Virus record (IMG/VR): IMGVR_UViG_3300038365_000215
Coordinates: 1 to 37,537 of that record
DNA from: a virus
Lineage: Duplodnaviria; Caudoviricetes
Length of the DNA: 37,537 nt
Strand: one strand, 5' to 3'
Positions 7,935 to 16,983 of this stretch are shown here, one piece after another. Positions within the stretch are counted from its first letter, which is position 1, and each line of letters opens with the position of its first letter. The translations under genes and the position numbers were made by a program. The notes under the pieces were generated by a model, which saw only the letters and a program-made list of their open reading frames with translations, searched no databases and was not told the DNA's origin.

Positions 7935-8632
7935 GGAATAATCAGCACCTCTCCCGGCCAAATCCAATGTCCGCTGCTGGAACTTGCCCGACCGTGTCTT
8001 TTGGCAGTGCTCTCAATCACAGCTCTGTTGGCACTGTAAATCGTCGAGTACTTTGAGCCGCTGCCATACTGCCGCTTTGCAATCGTCCACAGGCAATCGC
8101 CGCTGCGCACCGTATATGTTTTTCTTGTCGGCGGTTTTGACGCGGGACGGGATTTTTTTACTGCTGCCCGCGCAAATGATTTTCTTGTTGATGACGGTAT
8201 TTGGATAACCTTTGTGCCATAGTCACGGTACTGTTTGAGCTCAAACTGTACCGTAACGTCGCCGCCGTCTTCGGCATCCTCCGTGTGCGTGAAGTCTTCG
8301 AGAGAGCATTTGATGTTTGTATCCCACAGTTCCCCGCTGCCGGGAAGTTTGCGGAGAATGATAAACTGGAAGGTCTTTTTACCGGTCTTCAACGCATAGA
8401 ATTTTTTCAGCAGCGTTGCGGCGCTTTCCCTTTTGCCATAGCTGGAAAACGGATAGTCTGAAATTGGGAGCAGCGCTTCAAAGCTGATTTCCGTCAGTTC
8501 CGGCGATTTCAGCCGGTTAATTTCTTCGCCGCTAAGCAAGTCGCAGACTTCGTTTTTGTTCCCAATTTTAATTTCCAGCTTTGCCGGGGCCACCGGCAGC
8601 AGAATCTTGTCGATGTAAAACTGATAGGCCAT
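7931..8632 (-). CDS. LysM-domain tail protein (XkdP-like)
   Basis: LPVAPAKL N-terminus, LKQYRDY, and LysM motif YTVRSGDCLWTIAK...IYSAN...IWPGEVLIIP. Confidence 0.9.
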   Translation of the reverse strand: MAYQFYIDKILLPVAPAKLEIKIGNKNEVCDLLSGEEINRLKSPELTEISFEALLPISDYPFSSYGKRESAATLLKKFYALKTGKKTFQFIILRKLPGSGELWDTNIKCSLEDFTHTEDAEDGGDVTVQFELKQYRDYGTKVIQIPSSTRKSFARAAVKKSRPASKPPTRKTYTVRSGDCLWTIAKRQYGSGSKYSTIYSANRAVIESTAKRHGRASSSSGHWIWPGEVLIIP

Positions 8633-10773
8633 TACCGGTGAACCCCCTCTCCACTGGACGCGAGTTCTTTCCGCAACGCCGATACAAGGTAAGTAACAAG
8701 CCCGTCTGCGTCGTCCCGGCTGCTCACGCTCTGTGTGATACCGCCCAAGTTGATATTAATGTTCTGGTTTGCCTGCCGCTGAATTGCTGTACGCTCCGCG
8801 AAGTCCCGCAGATACTTAATATCATCATCTTTGGCCGTGTTTTTTTCAATGTTAGCAAGGTGCTTGTTTGCCTTTTCCGCGGCATCAGCGTTAGCAAGGT
8901 GCTTGTTTGCCTTTTCCGCGGCATCAGCGTTAGCAAGGTACTTTTTTGCCTTTTTCGCGGCATCAGCGCCGGGTAATACGCCCGTTGAAGCACCAGGGCC
9001 AAGGCCTGTGCTAATGCCTTTCAAAAAGTTTGACGCTTTCATTTCCGGCATTTTCCACTTGCTGTTTTGAGACTTGGCTGCAGCCGTGTGCATACTGGAA
9101 ACAGCCGATCCAATTTTACTTCCAGCCACGCTGATGGCAGTTACTTGTTTGCTAATATTACTGTTTCGTATTTTCTGTTCTGCTGCACGCATTTTGCTCA
9201 AGGAATCTGCCTGTGAAACCTGAGAATTCATATAAGAAGAATCCGACTGTAAAATTCCGTTTGCCCAGTCTTGTACACCGCCTGCAAAGTCTGCCTTAAG
9301 ATGATAGTTTTTACCCGTAATCTTGTCTATTGCATCCAACACAGCGTTGATTGGGGTGAGAATAGCATTCACGGCATCCTGTACTGCCTTAACCGCAGCC
9401 GACATGGCAGACACCATTGCGTCCTTTATCCCAATACCCATAGCCTGAAAACCAAGTTTTACATTATCGGTAAATGTTTCAATCTGTTCCCATGCCGTGC
9501 AGGCAAAATTATATATTACCATTCCTACAAGCTGGAAACTCATACCTACAAGATTTACAGTCATTTTCAGAACTGTCAAAGCATTGTCAAGACCGCCCAC
9601 ATAGTTGATTGCATATGCAAGCACACCAGCGATAGCAGCAACGATGAGGATGAATGGTAGCACTGAGGCATTAAGGCCAAGCTGTGCAGCCGTGGCTATT
9701 TTTGTCACAATCGTCCATGCCGCCAAAGCGCCTATTGCTGCGCCAAGGATAGGCCCTACAATGCTCCAGTTTTTCTGGGCAAAGGATGTTACTCTCGAGA
9801 TACAATTAATAATCGGAATGATTCCCTGAATAATTCCAGGAAGTGTATTTGCCACACCGATAATAGTCTGTTTGATTTGCGGCATATTCTGCTTAATGCA
9901 GTCCAAAAGTTTCATTACAGATGGATAAAGAGAAAAGCCAACTTCTTTTTTTACATCGTCTAATGCCATCTTAACCTGCTGGATTTTACCCGCTGGAGTG
10001 CTTGCCATAGCCTTGTTCATCTGACCGACATTGTTCGTGATAATCTGTGCCAGGGTGGCTGCACGCTGCTGTTCATTGCCATATTTAAGGGCTTTTTCTT
10101 CCGCCGCGCTGAATGTAATGCCGACGCGGGCAAGGGAGCCAACTTCGCCCTGCATTGCTTTACCCATCATGTTGGCAATTCCGGTCATGGCTTCACTTGT
10201 CACGTTGACACCGTTTTGCTGCACGGCAAGATTGTTCATGGCCGGGATTAGTGTGTTCAGCGAATCGACGGATCCGAGAAATGTTCCGAGCTGCTGAGCA
10301 CCGGCAATCTGCACATCATCATCTACAACGCCAAGGTTTTTCTGAGCTTCGGTCAGCTTGCGAACGGATTCAATCTGCTGATCCGTTGCCCGCATTCTCT
10401 GCCGCATAACTACCGTCAGCTTTGTTTCGGCGCCAATTTGCTCATTTGCTGCATCCAAGGAGTCCTTAACTTTTCCTGCTACCCACTTGACCGCCGCAAT
10501 ACTCGCGACCGTGCGCATGATGCCCTGCAGCTTCTGACCGAGAGCACTAATGGAAGGCCCCGTTTGTTGGATAGAATTCTTGAACTTATTCTGGCTGGAA
10601 GTGCATTTTTTGATGCTGCTGTTAGCTTTCTCAAATGCCGTGCTGCTGCCAAATGAATTAGCTGCAGTTTTTACTTTACCCATGGCAGAAGCGGCGGATT
10701 GGGAAGCCTGCATAATATTCCGCAGTGCAGGGCTCATGCCGTCATAAAGGCTGATTGAAGTGGAAATATTCAT
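8632..10773 (-). CDS. Tape measure protein (about 713 aa)
   Basis: Long Ala/Gly-rich helical protein between the tail chaperone and XkdP. ATG 10773 has a GGGAGG RBS, so the ORF-track start at 10905 is probably too long. Confidence 0.9.
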   Translation of the reverse strand: MNISTSISLYDGMSPALRNIMQASQSAASAMGKVKTAANSFGSSTAFEKANSSIKKCTSSQNKFKNSIQQTGPSISALGQKLQGIMRTVASIAAVKWVAGKVKDSLDAANEQIGAETKLTVVMRQRMRATDQQIESVRKLTEAQKNLGVVDDDVQIAGAQQLGTFLGSVDSLNTLIPAMNNLAVQQNGVNVTSEAMTGIANMMGKAMQGEVGSLARVGITFSAAEEKALKYGNEQQRAATLAQIITNNVGQMNKAMASTPAGKIQQVKMALDDVKKEVGFSLYPSVMKLLDCIKQNMPQIKQTIIGVANTLPGIIQGIIPIINCISRVTSFAQKNWSIVGPILGAAIGALAAWTIVTKIATAAQLGLNASVLPFILIVAAIAGVLAYAINYVGGLDNALTVLKMTVNLVGMSFQLVGMVIYNFACTAWEQIETFTDNVKLGFQAMGIGIKDAMVSAMSAAVKAVQDAVNAILTPINAVLDAIDKITGKNYHLKADFAGGVQDWANGILQSDSSYMNSQVSQADSLSKMRAAEQKIRNSNISKQVTAISVAGSKIGSAVSSMHTAAAKSQNSKWKMPEMKASNFLKGISTGLGPGASTGVLPGADAAKKAKKYLANADAAEKANKHLANADAAEKANKHLANIEKNTAKDDDIKYLRDFAERTAIQRQANQNININLGGITQSVSSRDDADGLVTYLVSALRKELASSGEGVHR
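8851..8967. repeat. 3 x 39-bp tandem repeat in the tape measure 3' region
   Basis: GTTAGCAAGGTGCTTGTTTGCCTTTTCCGCGGCATCAGC at 8851-8889 and 8890-8928 (identical) and 8929-8967 (3 mismatches). Encodes ADAAEKANKHLAN. Confidence 0.95.
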
Positions 10774-10943
10774 GCTTTTGCCTCCCTTTCCGCGTCGCGC
10801 TGCTTTTTGGCGATTCGTTCCATGACAGCCCGGATAAATATTTTTGTCCCATTGTCCAGTGCAAGGTAGTCCCGCGGCAAAATATGAAGCTCTGTCAGCG
10901 CCCATTCTGCAATGACGGCGTCCGGGTCGCCGTCCTCAATTAG
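10770..10943 (-). CDS. -1 frameshift extension of the tail assembly chaperone (gpGT-like)
   Basis: Open -1 frame LIEDGDPDAVIAEWALTELHILPRDYL...EREAKA after the slippery A AAA AAC. Its stop overlaps the tape measure ATG (ATGA). Confidence 0.85.
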   Translation of the reverse strand, partial: LIEDGDPDAVIAEWALTELHILPRDYLALDNGTKIFIRAVMERIAKKQRDAEREAKA

Positions 10944-11404
10944 TTTTTTACCTGCTGCACCTCATCGGCCTGCTTTTCAGCGTCCTCATCATAGCCATTG
11001 ACGCTCTGCACAGCGGCAAGCAAATTGTCATACTCGCCCGGCAGAAGCATCTTGCCAAGCAAGGCTTCCTCGCCCATCACACCGTAACTGTTCTGAAGTT
11101 CCGCATCTGAAAGGTTCGGAAAAGCGACAGTCGCGGCAATCATTTCCGAAAAATACTTTGCGGTGTCAAGCTGCATAGTGTAAACGCCGTGTTTCCCCTC
11201 AACCGGCACCGGCTTCAGATTCTTGTTGCGAAGCTTGCCATTTTTGTCGGCCGGAATTGCTTTCAGCTCCCACTCGGCGGGCTTACCGGTAGTGGGGTCA
11301 ATAAAGCGTTTTGACACAGCAACCTTGACCGTTTCAATCGGCTGTGCGTTCTGAGCAAAAAAGGCACTCAGGTTTCCAGCATAAGTAACGTTTTCGTCTG
11401 CCAT
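10940..11404 (-). CDS. Tail assembly chaperone (XkdN-like)
   Basis: VSKRF, FPNLSDAELQNSYGVMG and LLPGEY motifs. Ends in KN-stop at the slippery site. Confidence 0.9.
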   Translation of the reverse strand: MADENVTYAGNLSAFFAQNAQPIETVKVAVSKRFIDPTTGKPAEWELKAIPADKNGKLRNKNLKPVPVEGKHGVYTMQLDTAKYFSEMIAATVAFPNLSDAELQNSYGVMGEEALLGKMLLPGEYDNLLAAVQSVNGYDEDAEKQADEVQQVKN

Positions 11405-11417
11405 AATAATCCTCCTT

Positions 11418-11894
11418 TTATTCTGTCATGCCAGCGAGCGTACCGAATTCTTCCGGCATATCCGCATCTTCAAACGTGAAGGCAATTTCTTCGTCCAGCA
11501 CATTTTCGCCCGCGGCGAACTTCGCCAGAATGATGGAGTCGAAATTGCAGCCTTTGAGAACGACCGTCTGGCGCCCCACGGAACTCGTCGGGTCTTCATT
11601 GGTACACTGAATTTCGAAATAGGTGTCTTTTCCAGTGTGGAGGTAATCGATTGCAATCCTCCGCATAATGGACGACACATAGTGCATCGTCATCTTTCCG
11701 GTCAATTTGGCACCGGTAGTTTTGTTGCCGTTTGCCACTCTGCCGAGAATGGGCACTTCCTTTTTCTTCTTTTCCATCTTAGCTTCGAGGCTTACCGCGT
11801 TTATCACGTTGTACCGGCTGCCGCCGATGGTGGCGTAGCATTCGGCTTCTGAAGCGGAAATGACGTCGCCTGGCAACATTGTGATTTTAGGCAT
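11418..11894 (-). CDS. Tail tube protein (XkdM-like)
   Basis: NEDPTSSVGRQTV and LDEEIAFTFED motifs. Follows the sheath gene. Confidence 0.92.
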   Translation of the reverse strand: MPKITMLPGDVISASEAECYATIGGSRYNVINAVSLEAKMEKKKKEVPILGRVANGNKTTGAKLTGKMTMHYVSSIMRRIAIDYLHTGKDTYFEIQCTNEDPTSSVGRQTVVLKGCNFDSIILAKFAAGENVLDEEIAFTFEDADMPEEFGTLAGMTE

Positions 11895-11908
11895 TACTTT
11901 TCATCTCC

Positions 11909-13216
11909 TTATTCCACAACGACACTCATATAAAGCTTTTCCATCGCGCACACAGGCTTGACCGATTCCGACACAGACACAGCATTTTTTGCTTCCCCTG
12001 CATTGACTTCAATGTCTTTGCTGTCAAAATCTTCGATGGCGTGCAGCTGCTGAAGTTCCTCGTGCAGTTTTACGAGGTCAGACCAAAAACTGACACGGCC
12101 GGATTTGTCGTTCTGTACCTTGTCAAGATAGCGCTTGTTAAACATTGTCGCTGTATCGTTGGCAATCTGGTCAAGCACGCGGATCACCTGGTTGAAGCTG
12201 AAATCTTCATTTTTATCCGGCATGAAGCTGATAAACGTGTTGACATCCGAAAGAATATGCGCCTCACCATCCACACTGTGGAACATCAGTTTTCCGGATT
12301 TCAGTCCCTGTTCCAGTTGGAGCTGCGTATAATCCGCTTTGACGGTGTATTCGCCGTCATACTTTCTATTGCCGCAGGATTTGTTCACTGCACACCCTGC
12401 TTCTGCGCCGGTCAGCCAATATACAAGGCCGTATTCCGGCTCTCCGTCACCTATGCACGCATTGTCGACAGAGATAATGCCTTCATAGTCAGCTTCTTTT
12501 GCCCGGTACAGCACTGTCTGGAATTTTGCGCCCACTTCGTCACGCATCCGTTTTGTAAATGCGGTAAACAGTGACTCAACCTTTTCGTCTTTGGTGGGGC
12601 AGCCAAGAGCATGGAAAGCATAAGGCTCCAGCGCGTTGAGTGCAGCCTGATAATCGTCGCCGGTTACCTCAGCATCTGCTCCGCCGGTCATCGGTGTGCC
12701 TGCTGTTGCTTTCAGCGTGGCGGTGCTCTTGAAATCGACAAAATCATTCGGCTTCAGAGCCGCTGCTCTGTCAACCGTCTGTAGATCAACCGATCTGCCG
12801 TCGAGCAAAGTTGCAACATCAAATTTTGAAGCGTCATCCACATTGGTTGCAATTACTGTCTGGATGTCGTTGCCACGGGTGCCGCCATACTTTGCTGTAC
12901 CGTAATCGTTGGCCGCTTTTGTGGCCGTGCCGAGGCGATAAGCATAAAGCATCCGCGCATTTTTGAAAATCTCCCGCAGCGGCTTGATGTGGTCATCTGT
13001 GTATCCATAGCCAAAAATTTTCTTACTGCTTTCCAGAAAGTCCTGTGAGGTAACCGTTATGACGCTGCCTTCCGTACCCCAGCTCAGCTGCAAAGGCATT
13101 GCGACGATACCGCGGTCGGATAAGGCCGCTGACGCACGCTGTGCAGAAATAAAGTTGATGTACGCACCGGGAAGAACTTTATTCTGGGACGTAAAAGTCC
13201 CACCTCCAAAAGCCAT
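11909..13216 (-). CDS. Tail sheath protein (XkdK-like)
   Basis: MAFGGGTFTSQNKVLPGAYINF, NQVIRVLDQIAND and AMEKLYMSV motifs. Confidence 0.95.
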   Translation of the reverse strand: MAFGGGTFTSQNKVLPGAYINFISAQRASAALSDRGIVAMPLQLSWGTEGSVITVTSQDFLESSKKIFGYGYTDDHIKPLREIFKNARMLYAYRLGTATKAANDYGTAKYGGTRGNDIQTVIATNVDDASKFDVATLLDGRSVDLQTVDRAAALKPNDFVDFKSTATLKATAGTPMTGGADAEVTGDDYQAALNALEPYAFHALGCPTKDEKVESLFTAFTKRMRDEVGAKFQTVLYRAKEADYEGIISVDNACIGDGEPEYGLVYWLTGAEAGCAVNKSCGNRKYDGEYTVKADYTQLQLEQGLKSGKLMFHSVDGEAHILSDVNTFISFMPDKNEDFSFNQVIRVLDQIANDTATMFNKRYLDKVQNDKSGRVSFWSDLVKLHEELQQLHAIEDFDSKDIEVNAGEAKNAVSVSESVKPVCAMEKLYMSVVVE

Positions 13217-13402
13217 TTAATTCACCTTGCCTTTCAGGAACCCCTGCAAAATGGCATCCGCCTGCTTGCAGGTATAACTTTCATCATTTGAGAGCAGTGC
13301 TTCCAGTAAATCCCGCTGCCCTGCAAATCGTTTGGAACGAATCATCTGCTCTTTTGTGTAGGAAGGTTCCTGCACTGTATTTTCCTCATCCATACATTTC
13401 AC
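13217..13402 (-). CDS. Small conserved phage protein upstream of the sheath (about 58-61 aa)
   Basis: Translationally coupled on both sides. YTKEQ..SKRF..RDLL.ALL pattern is typical at this position. Confidence 0.7.
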   Translation of the reverse strand: MKCMDEENTVQEPSYTKEQMIRSKRFAGQRDLLEALLSNDESYTCKQADAILQGFLKGKVN

Positions 13403-13818
13403 TCTTTCTTCGTTGTCTGTCTGGACCGCATATTCATCATGTTATCAAGTACCTTCCGCTCGTCCACGAAGACATCATAGTTGGCAAAGCAATGGAGCAC
13501 CCCGTCAATGACCTGAGTGCTCCACTTTGCTGCCCTGATCTTTGCGTCGCCCACGGATATTGTCCGCAGCGCCTGTTCCGCGCGCTCTGCAATATCATAT
13601 AGCCCCGTGCGGTCCTCTCCCTTCGCGGGAAAGTATAGAATGTCAAACGGCTGCGTTTCCTTGCGTTGCCCGCAAGGGAATGGCTGCCCGGAAACTTGAA
13701 TCGGGTGGATTAGAAAACCTGGCTCCAGAAAATCCTGCTCGGAATCATCCGCAAGCACCGGCAGCTTGAATTCTGCCTTTAATGCTGCGGCAATCCCATC
13801 AATCGTTTCGTTTATCAT
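13399..13818 (-). CDS. Tail terminator-like protein
   Basis: ATG 13818 overlaps the upstream stop (ATGA). EQDFLEPGF, FDILYFP and DGVLH motifs; synteny. Confidence 0.75.
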   Translation of the reverse strand: MINETIDGIAAALKAEFKLPVLADDSEQDFLEPGFLIHPIQVSGQPFPCGQRKETQPFDILYFPAKGEDRTGLYDIAERAEQALRTISVGDAKIRAAKWSTQVIDGVLHCFANYDVFVDERKVLDNMMNMRSRQTTKKE

Positions 13819-14249
13819 CCGAGCACTCCCTTTAGATACTTTTCCAGCGCGCGCTGAATTCTTGCCTCCGCGCCCTGCTCCACTTCCTGCGCGGAAATTG
13901 TCATCATGAACTGGCCAGGCACCCACGCTTTGACAAGCCGTTTCCCGATTGCCGGAACGTATCGGCCTGGGTCCTGCCGGTGGCCATACTCCACATAAGA
14001 AGCGTAGAGTACATTGTTGGAAACCGTGATTTCATAATTTTCTCCGGCTTCCTGTACGGCGGATGCGCACCAGCTTTGCTTCAGTTTTCCGGAAATGACC
14101 GGCGTACGCTTAATACATTTTCGCAATAACTCTGCAGCAAGCTGCTTCGCCATGTACTCGCAAAACTCCGGCATATTCTTTTCGAGCTGTTCTATTTGCT
14201 TTACGAATTCAGTGAACTGTGAAAAGTCGAAGTCACCGTGTGTGTCCAT
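13815..14249 (-). CDS. HK97 gp10 family neck/tail completion protein
   Basis: RTPVISGKLKQSW, YASYVEYGHR and WVPGQFMM motifs. GAAGGAG RBS before ATG 14249. Confidence 0.88.
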   Translation of the reverse strand: MDTHGDFDFSQFTEFVKQIEQLEKNMPEFCEYMAKQLAAELLRKCIKRTPVISGKLKQSWCASAVQEAGENYEITVSNNVLYASYVEYGHRQDPGRYVPAIGKRLVKAWVPGQFMMTISAQEVEQGAEARIQRALEKYLKGVLG

Positions 14250-14614
14250 TACGGATGCTCCTTCCAAAGATTCAGCATGATTTCCGTATGGCTTTCATAG
14301 ACCGCAGGCTGCCCACTCTGACAATAAGCTTCCGTTTTTCCTGCCTGCGTAACCGTGATTTTGCTTCCCGGCTTTACCGCAACACCCGGAGGCAGGAACA
14401 GCTTGATTTCCTGCGTCAAAGCCGGGATACCATCTGTACTGGTCACTGCAGGAGCGGAACTGCACGACAAGCGGCACGGCTGGTTTTCCAGCACCGTAAC
14501 GTCGCGATACTTTGTAAGACCATTCTGCGCTTCATAAGGCTGCTTCTCCGTCACTGTACATTTACCTGTGTAGAGCATCGAAAGTGCGGCCTGTATCTCA
14601 TTACAAGGGCTCAT
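14249..14614 (-). CDS. Head closure / head-tail adaptor protein
   Basis: PCRLS, KLFLPP..VKPGSKITVT and Y.SH.EI motifs. TGATG coupling at 14614. Confidence 0.75.
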   Translation of the reverse strand: MSPCNEIQAALSMLYTGKCTVTEKQPYEAQNGLTKYRDVTVLENQPCRLSCSSAPAVTSTDGIPALTQEIKLFLPPGVAVKPGSKITVTQAGKTEAYCQSGQPAVYESHTEIMLNLWKEHP

Positions 14615-14997
14615 CACCACACCAGCTTCCGGTAATGCGAAAAGCGATCCTGCCCGGCGGCGCACAGCACCCCAATAGCCGCGCTTATGCGCTGCTGGGG
14701 CGTCGCGTCCGCCGCAAACTGAACCGTGGTATCACCGGCGTTTACCTGCTGCACCACCTTCTGCGTCTGTTCCTCCGAAAGGCCGCCTACAGCATACTTT
14801 GCACTGAGAAAAGCACCGGCAGCGCGATCTGCCTGTGCGTCACGCAGTTCATCTGGGACATCATCAAGGCCGCAGGCGTCACAGATTTCATGCGCAGCTT
14901 TGTCAATACAGAAATCAAGTGCCCAAACGTCCACTGCTGCCACCTCACAGCCAAGCATTTTCAGCCGGGCAGCGACATCGTCTTTTAAGGTGCTCAT
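14614..14997 (-). CDS. Head-tail connector protein
   Basis: Position after the capsid. C...VPDEL, GDTTVQF and terminal YRKLVW motifs. Confidence 0.75.
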   Translation of the reverse strand: MSTLKDDVAARLKMLGCEVAAVDVWALDFCIDKAAHEICDACGLDDVPDELRDAQADRAAGAFLSAKYAVGGLSEEQTQKVVQQVNAGDTTVQFAADATPQQRISAAIGVLCAAGQDRFSHYRKLVW

Positions 14998-15179
14998 TCC
15001 GCTGCCTTTTTCGATGGCATAATCTTACCCATCTTTGCTGAAGGTTCCGGCTCCGGGGCTGTTGCCTCCGGAACCTTCGAACCCGCAGCTTCCGGAACCG
15101 GTTCGTAACCACGGTCCTTGTACACCTGAAGGTTATTGGCGTCAATGTTGCGGGTAATCCCGCCTTTGCAGATTAGCAT
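14994..15179 (-). CDS. Small hypothetical protein after the capsid (61 aa)
   Basis: GAGG RBS; ATGA overlap with the next gene. Confidence 0.65.
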   Translation of the reverse strand: MLICKGGITRNIDANNLQVYKDRGYEPVPEAAGSKVPEATAPEPEPSAKMGKIMPSKKAAE

Positions 15180-15196
15180 TTCAACTACCTCATTTC

Positions 15197-16078
15197 TCAG
15201 GCGGTCGGTTTCGCGTGCAGGTAAACGCCCTTTGCCTTATTTTCGTAAACAAAAGCGTCATGGTACTCGCGGAACTGGAACAGCCAAGAATCCGTCTTCT
15301 GGTTTTCATCCGGAGTAAAAATTTTAGGCAGACTGAACTTTACAACCTGGAGGATTGCCTGCGGGTAAATCATCAGGAAGTTGATGTTCGACGCGCCAGT
15401 ACCTTTTGCAAAACCCCAGTTTGTGGAGCCGTCGTTCAAGGTGATGCCGGTGTAGAAGCGGGATGATGGGACATAAACAATCGGCATTCCGTTGTAACCG
15501 GAAAGCTGATTCGTGATGCCATTGTCAGAGCCCCATTGGCGGGAGACAGCCTGATTCAGTACCGGTTTCAGGTCACTGTTGATATACAGCCTGCGGCCTT
15601 CCATTGGCACTTCGTCCGCATCCATCTGGCGGGACGCTTCGTCAATGGCGGAAAGGACACTATCCTTTGTTAGCACGGCGGCCGTTGCTTTGCTGATGTT
15701 CGCGTTAGACGCATACTTTGCAAAGCGGTAGGCATCCAGTTCCGGGATGACATGTTCCTTCATGAAATTCCCCGTCACCGTACCGAAGGCAAGGCCGAGC
15801 GTCTGCTCATTGTCCATACGGTCAATGCTGATTTCCTTGCCGCGCTCTTCAGTCAATTTGAGTGTTTCCCAGCCAACGGAAACGTCGCCCTTCGGGTAGC
15901 CAGCCGTGCGGGAATAGTCGCCGAGACCGGTCGTAGAAACCTTCATCACCCGAACTTCATCCACACCTGAAAAATCCGGCTGCACAGCCGCGTCCATGCC
16001 CTGTGTCAAGCTGGCACTTTTGTAGATGCCATCCACAATCGGCATAAACCTCTTTGCATACTCAATCGAATTCGCCAT
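15197..16078 (-). CDS. Major capsid protein
   Basis: Follows the scaffold. GLGDYSR..GY, IDRMDNE, PELDAYRF and YHDAFVYENK motifs. Confidence 0.9.
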   Translation of the reverse strand: MANSIEYAKRFMPIVDGIYKSASLTQGMDAAVQPDFSGVDEVRVMKVSTTGLGDYSRTAGYPKGDVSVGWETLKLTEERGKEISIDRMDNEQTLGLAFGTVTGNFMKEHVIPELDAYRFAKYASNANISKATAAVLTKDSVLSAIDEASRQMDADEVPMEGRRLYINSDLKPVLNQAVSRQWGSDNGITNQLSGYNGMPIVYVPSSRFYTGITLNDGSTNWGFAKGTGASNINFLMIYPQAILQVVKFSLPKIFTPDENQKTDSWLFQFREYHDAFVYENKAKGVYLHAKPTA

Positions 16079-16680
16079 TATTTTTTACCTCCATCGTCGT
16101 TATTGATTCCAGCGCCCTTCATGGCTGCTGAAAAGAAATCGTCCATGCCGCCATCCGGCAGCTCGTCACGGCCTTCCGCAGGCTTAAACCCTTTGAAAGC
16201 CGGTTTTTCGTCTGCCGCCTTGAACAGCATCTTGCTGTCATCGGCGGTCTGAAGCTTCTTAATCTGGTCAGACAGGCCCTTTACAGCACCAGCATCATCA
16301 AATTCAACCTTTTCCGGGTCGATGTCTAACAAGGCGCGCACAGCCTTTGTGTTCAGTGCATTGGCACCCGTAAGCGCAAGCTGCACCGCGGATTCCACTT
16401 TCTGGCTCTTCAGCTGCTTCTCATAGGCGGCCTTATCGCTGGCATTCTGGGTCTGAAGCTGCGTAATCTGCTCCTGCAGCTTTTCCGGGTCTACTTTTTT
16501 CAGGCCGTCAATCTGCTTGTCACGCGCCTTAACGTCCTTTTCAAGCTGTGTTTTTGCCGCCGTGAGCGTGTCATACTCGCCCTTGGCAACATAAGTTTCC
16601 AGCTCTTTTGCGGACGCTGCGGCGGCTTTTCCGGCCAGTTCATCGCTGATGCCGAGCGCTGTAAAATCTTCTTTCTTCAT
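16078..16680 (-). CDS. Capsid scaffolding protein (Gp20-like)
   Basis: Coiled coil. A.N.KAV.ALLD and GL.DQIKKL motifs. GGAGG RBS before ATG 16680. Confidence 0.88.
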   Translation of the reverse strand: MKKEDFTALGISDELAGKAAAASAKELETYVAKGEYDTLTAAKTQLEKDVKARDKQIDGLKKVDPEKLQEQITQLQTQNASDKAAYEKQLKSQKVESAVQLALTGANALNTKAVRALLDIDPEKVEFDDAGAVKGLSDQIKKLQTADDSKMLFKAADEKPAFKGFKPAEGRDELPDGGMDDFFSAAMKGAGINNDDGGKK

Positions 16681-16705
16681 AAAATACCTCCTGTTTTTGG
16701 GTATG

Positions 16706-16780
16706 AAAAAAACAGCCCGTGAAGGCTGCCTGTTTCTGAAATTGAGCATAAAAATACCGCCTACCAAAAGGTAAGGCGGT
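16706..16780 (-). terminator. Two tandem intrinsic terminator-like hairpins between the MuF partner gene and the scaffold gene
   Basis: ACCGCCTTACC-TTTT-GGTAGGCGGT-ATTTTTATGC and CAGCC-TTCACG-GGCTG-TTTTTTT. Confidence 0.7.
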
Positions 16781-16983
16781 TAATAATCGCGGAACGGGCA
16801 CTTCTCACAGATGTCCTTCCAATTTGGCTTTTGCTTGAATCGTGCTGGAATGCTTTCTTCTCGAATTCCTTGATTCTCTAAGCAGTCAATATCTTCTATC
16901 CAATCGTTAATAAGTGGGCACTTAACCTTTTCGGCCGTTCCGCTCTTATCGGGAATATATTCTACAGTTCCATTATAAGGCAT
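16780..16983 (-). CDS. Small Cys-containing protein, candidate immunity protein for the MuF toxin domain
   Basis: Overlaps the MuF stop, GAGGTG RBS, AT-rich, CPL...C...CxxC. Confidence 0.6.
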   Translation of the reverse strand: MPYNGTVEYIPDKSGTAEKVKCPLINDWIEDIDCLENQGIREESIPARFKQKPNWKDICEKCPFRDY

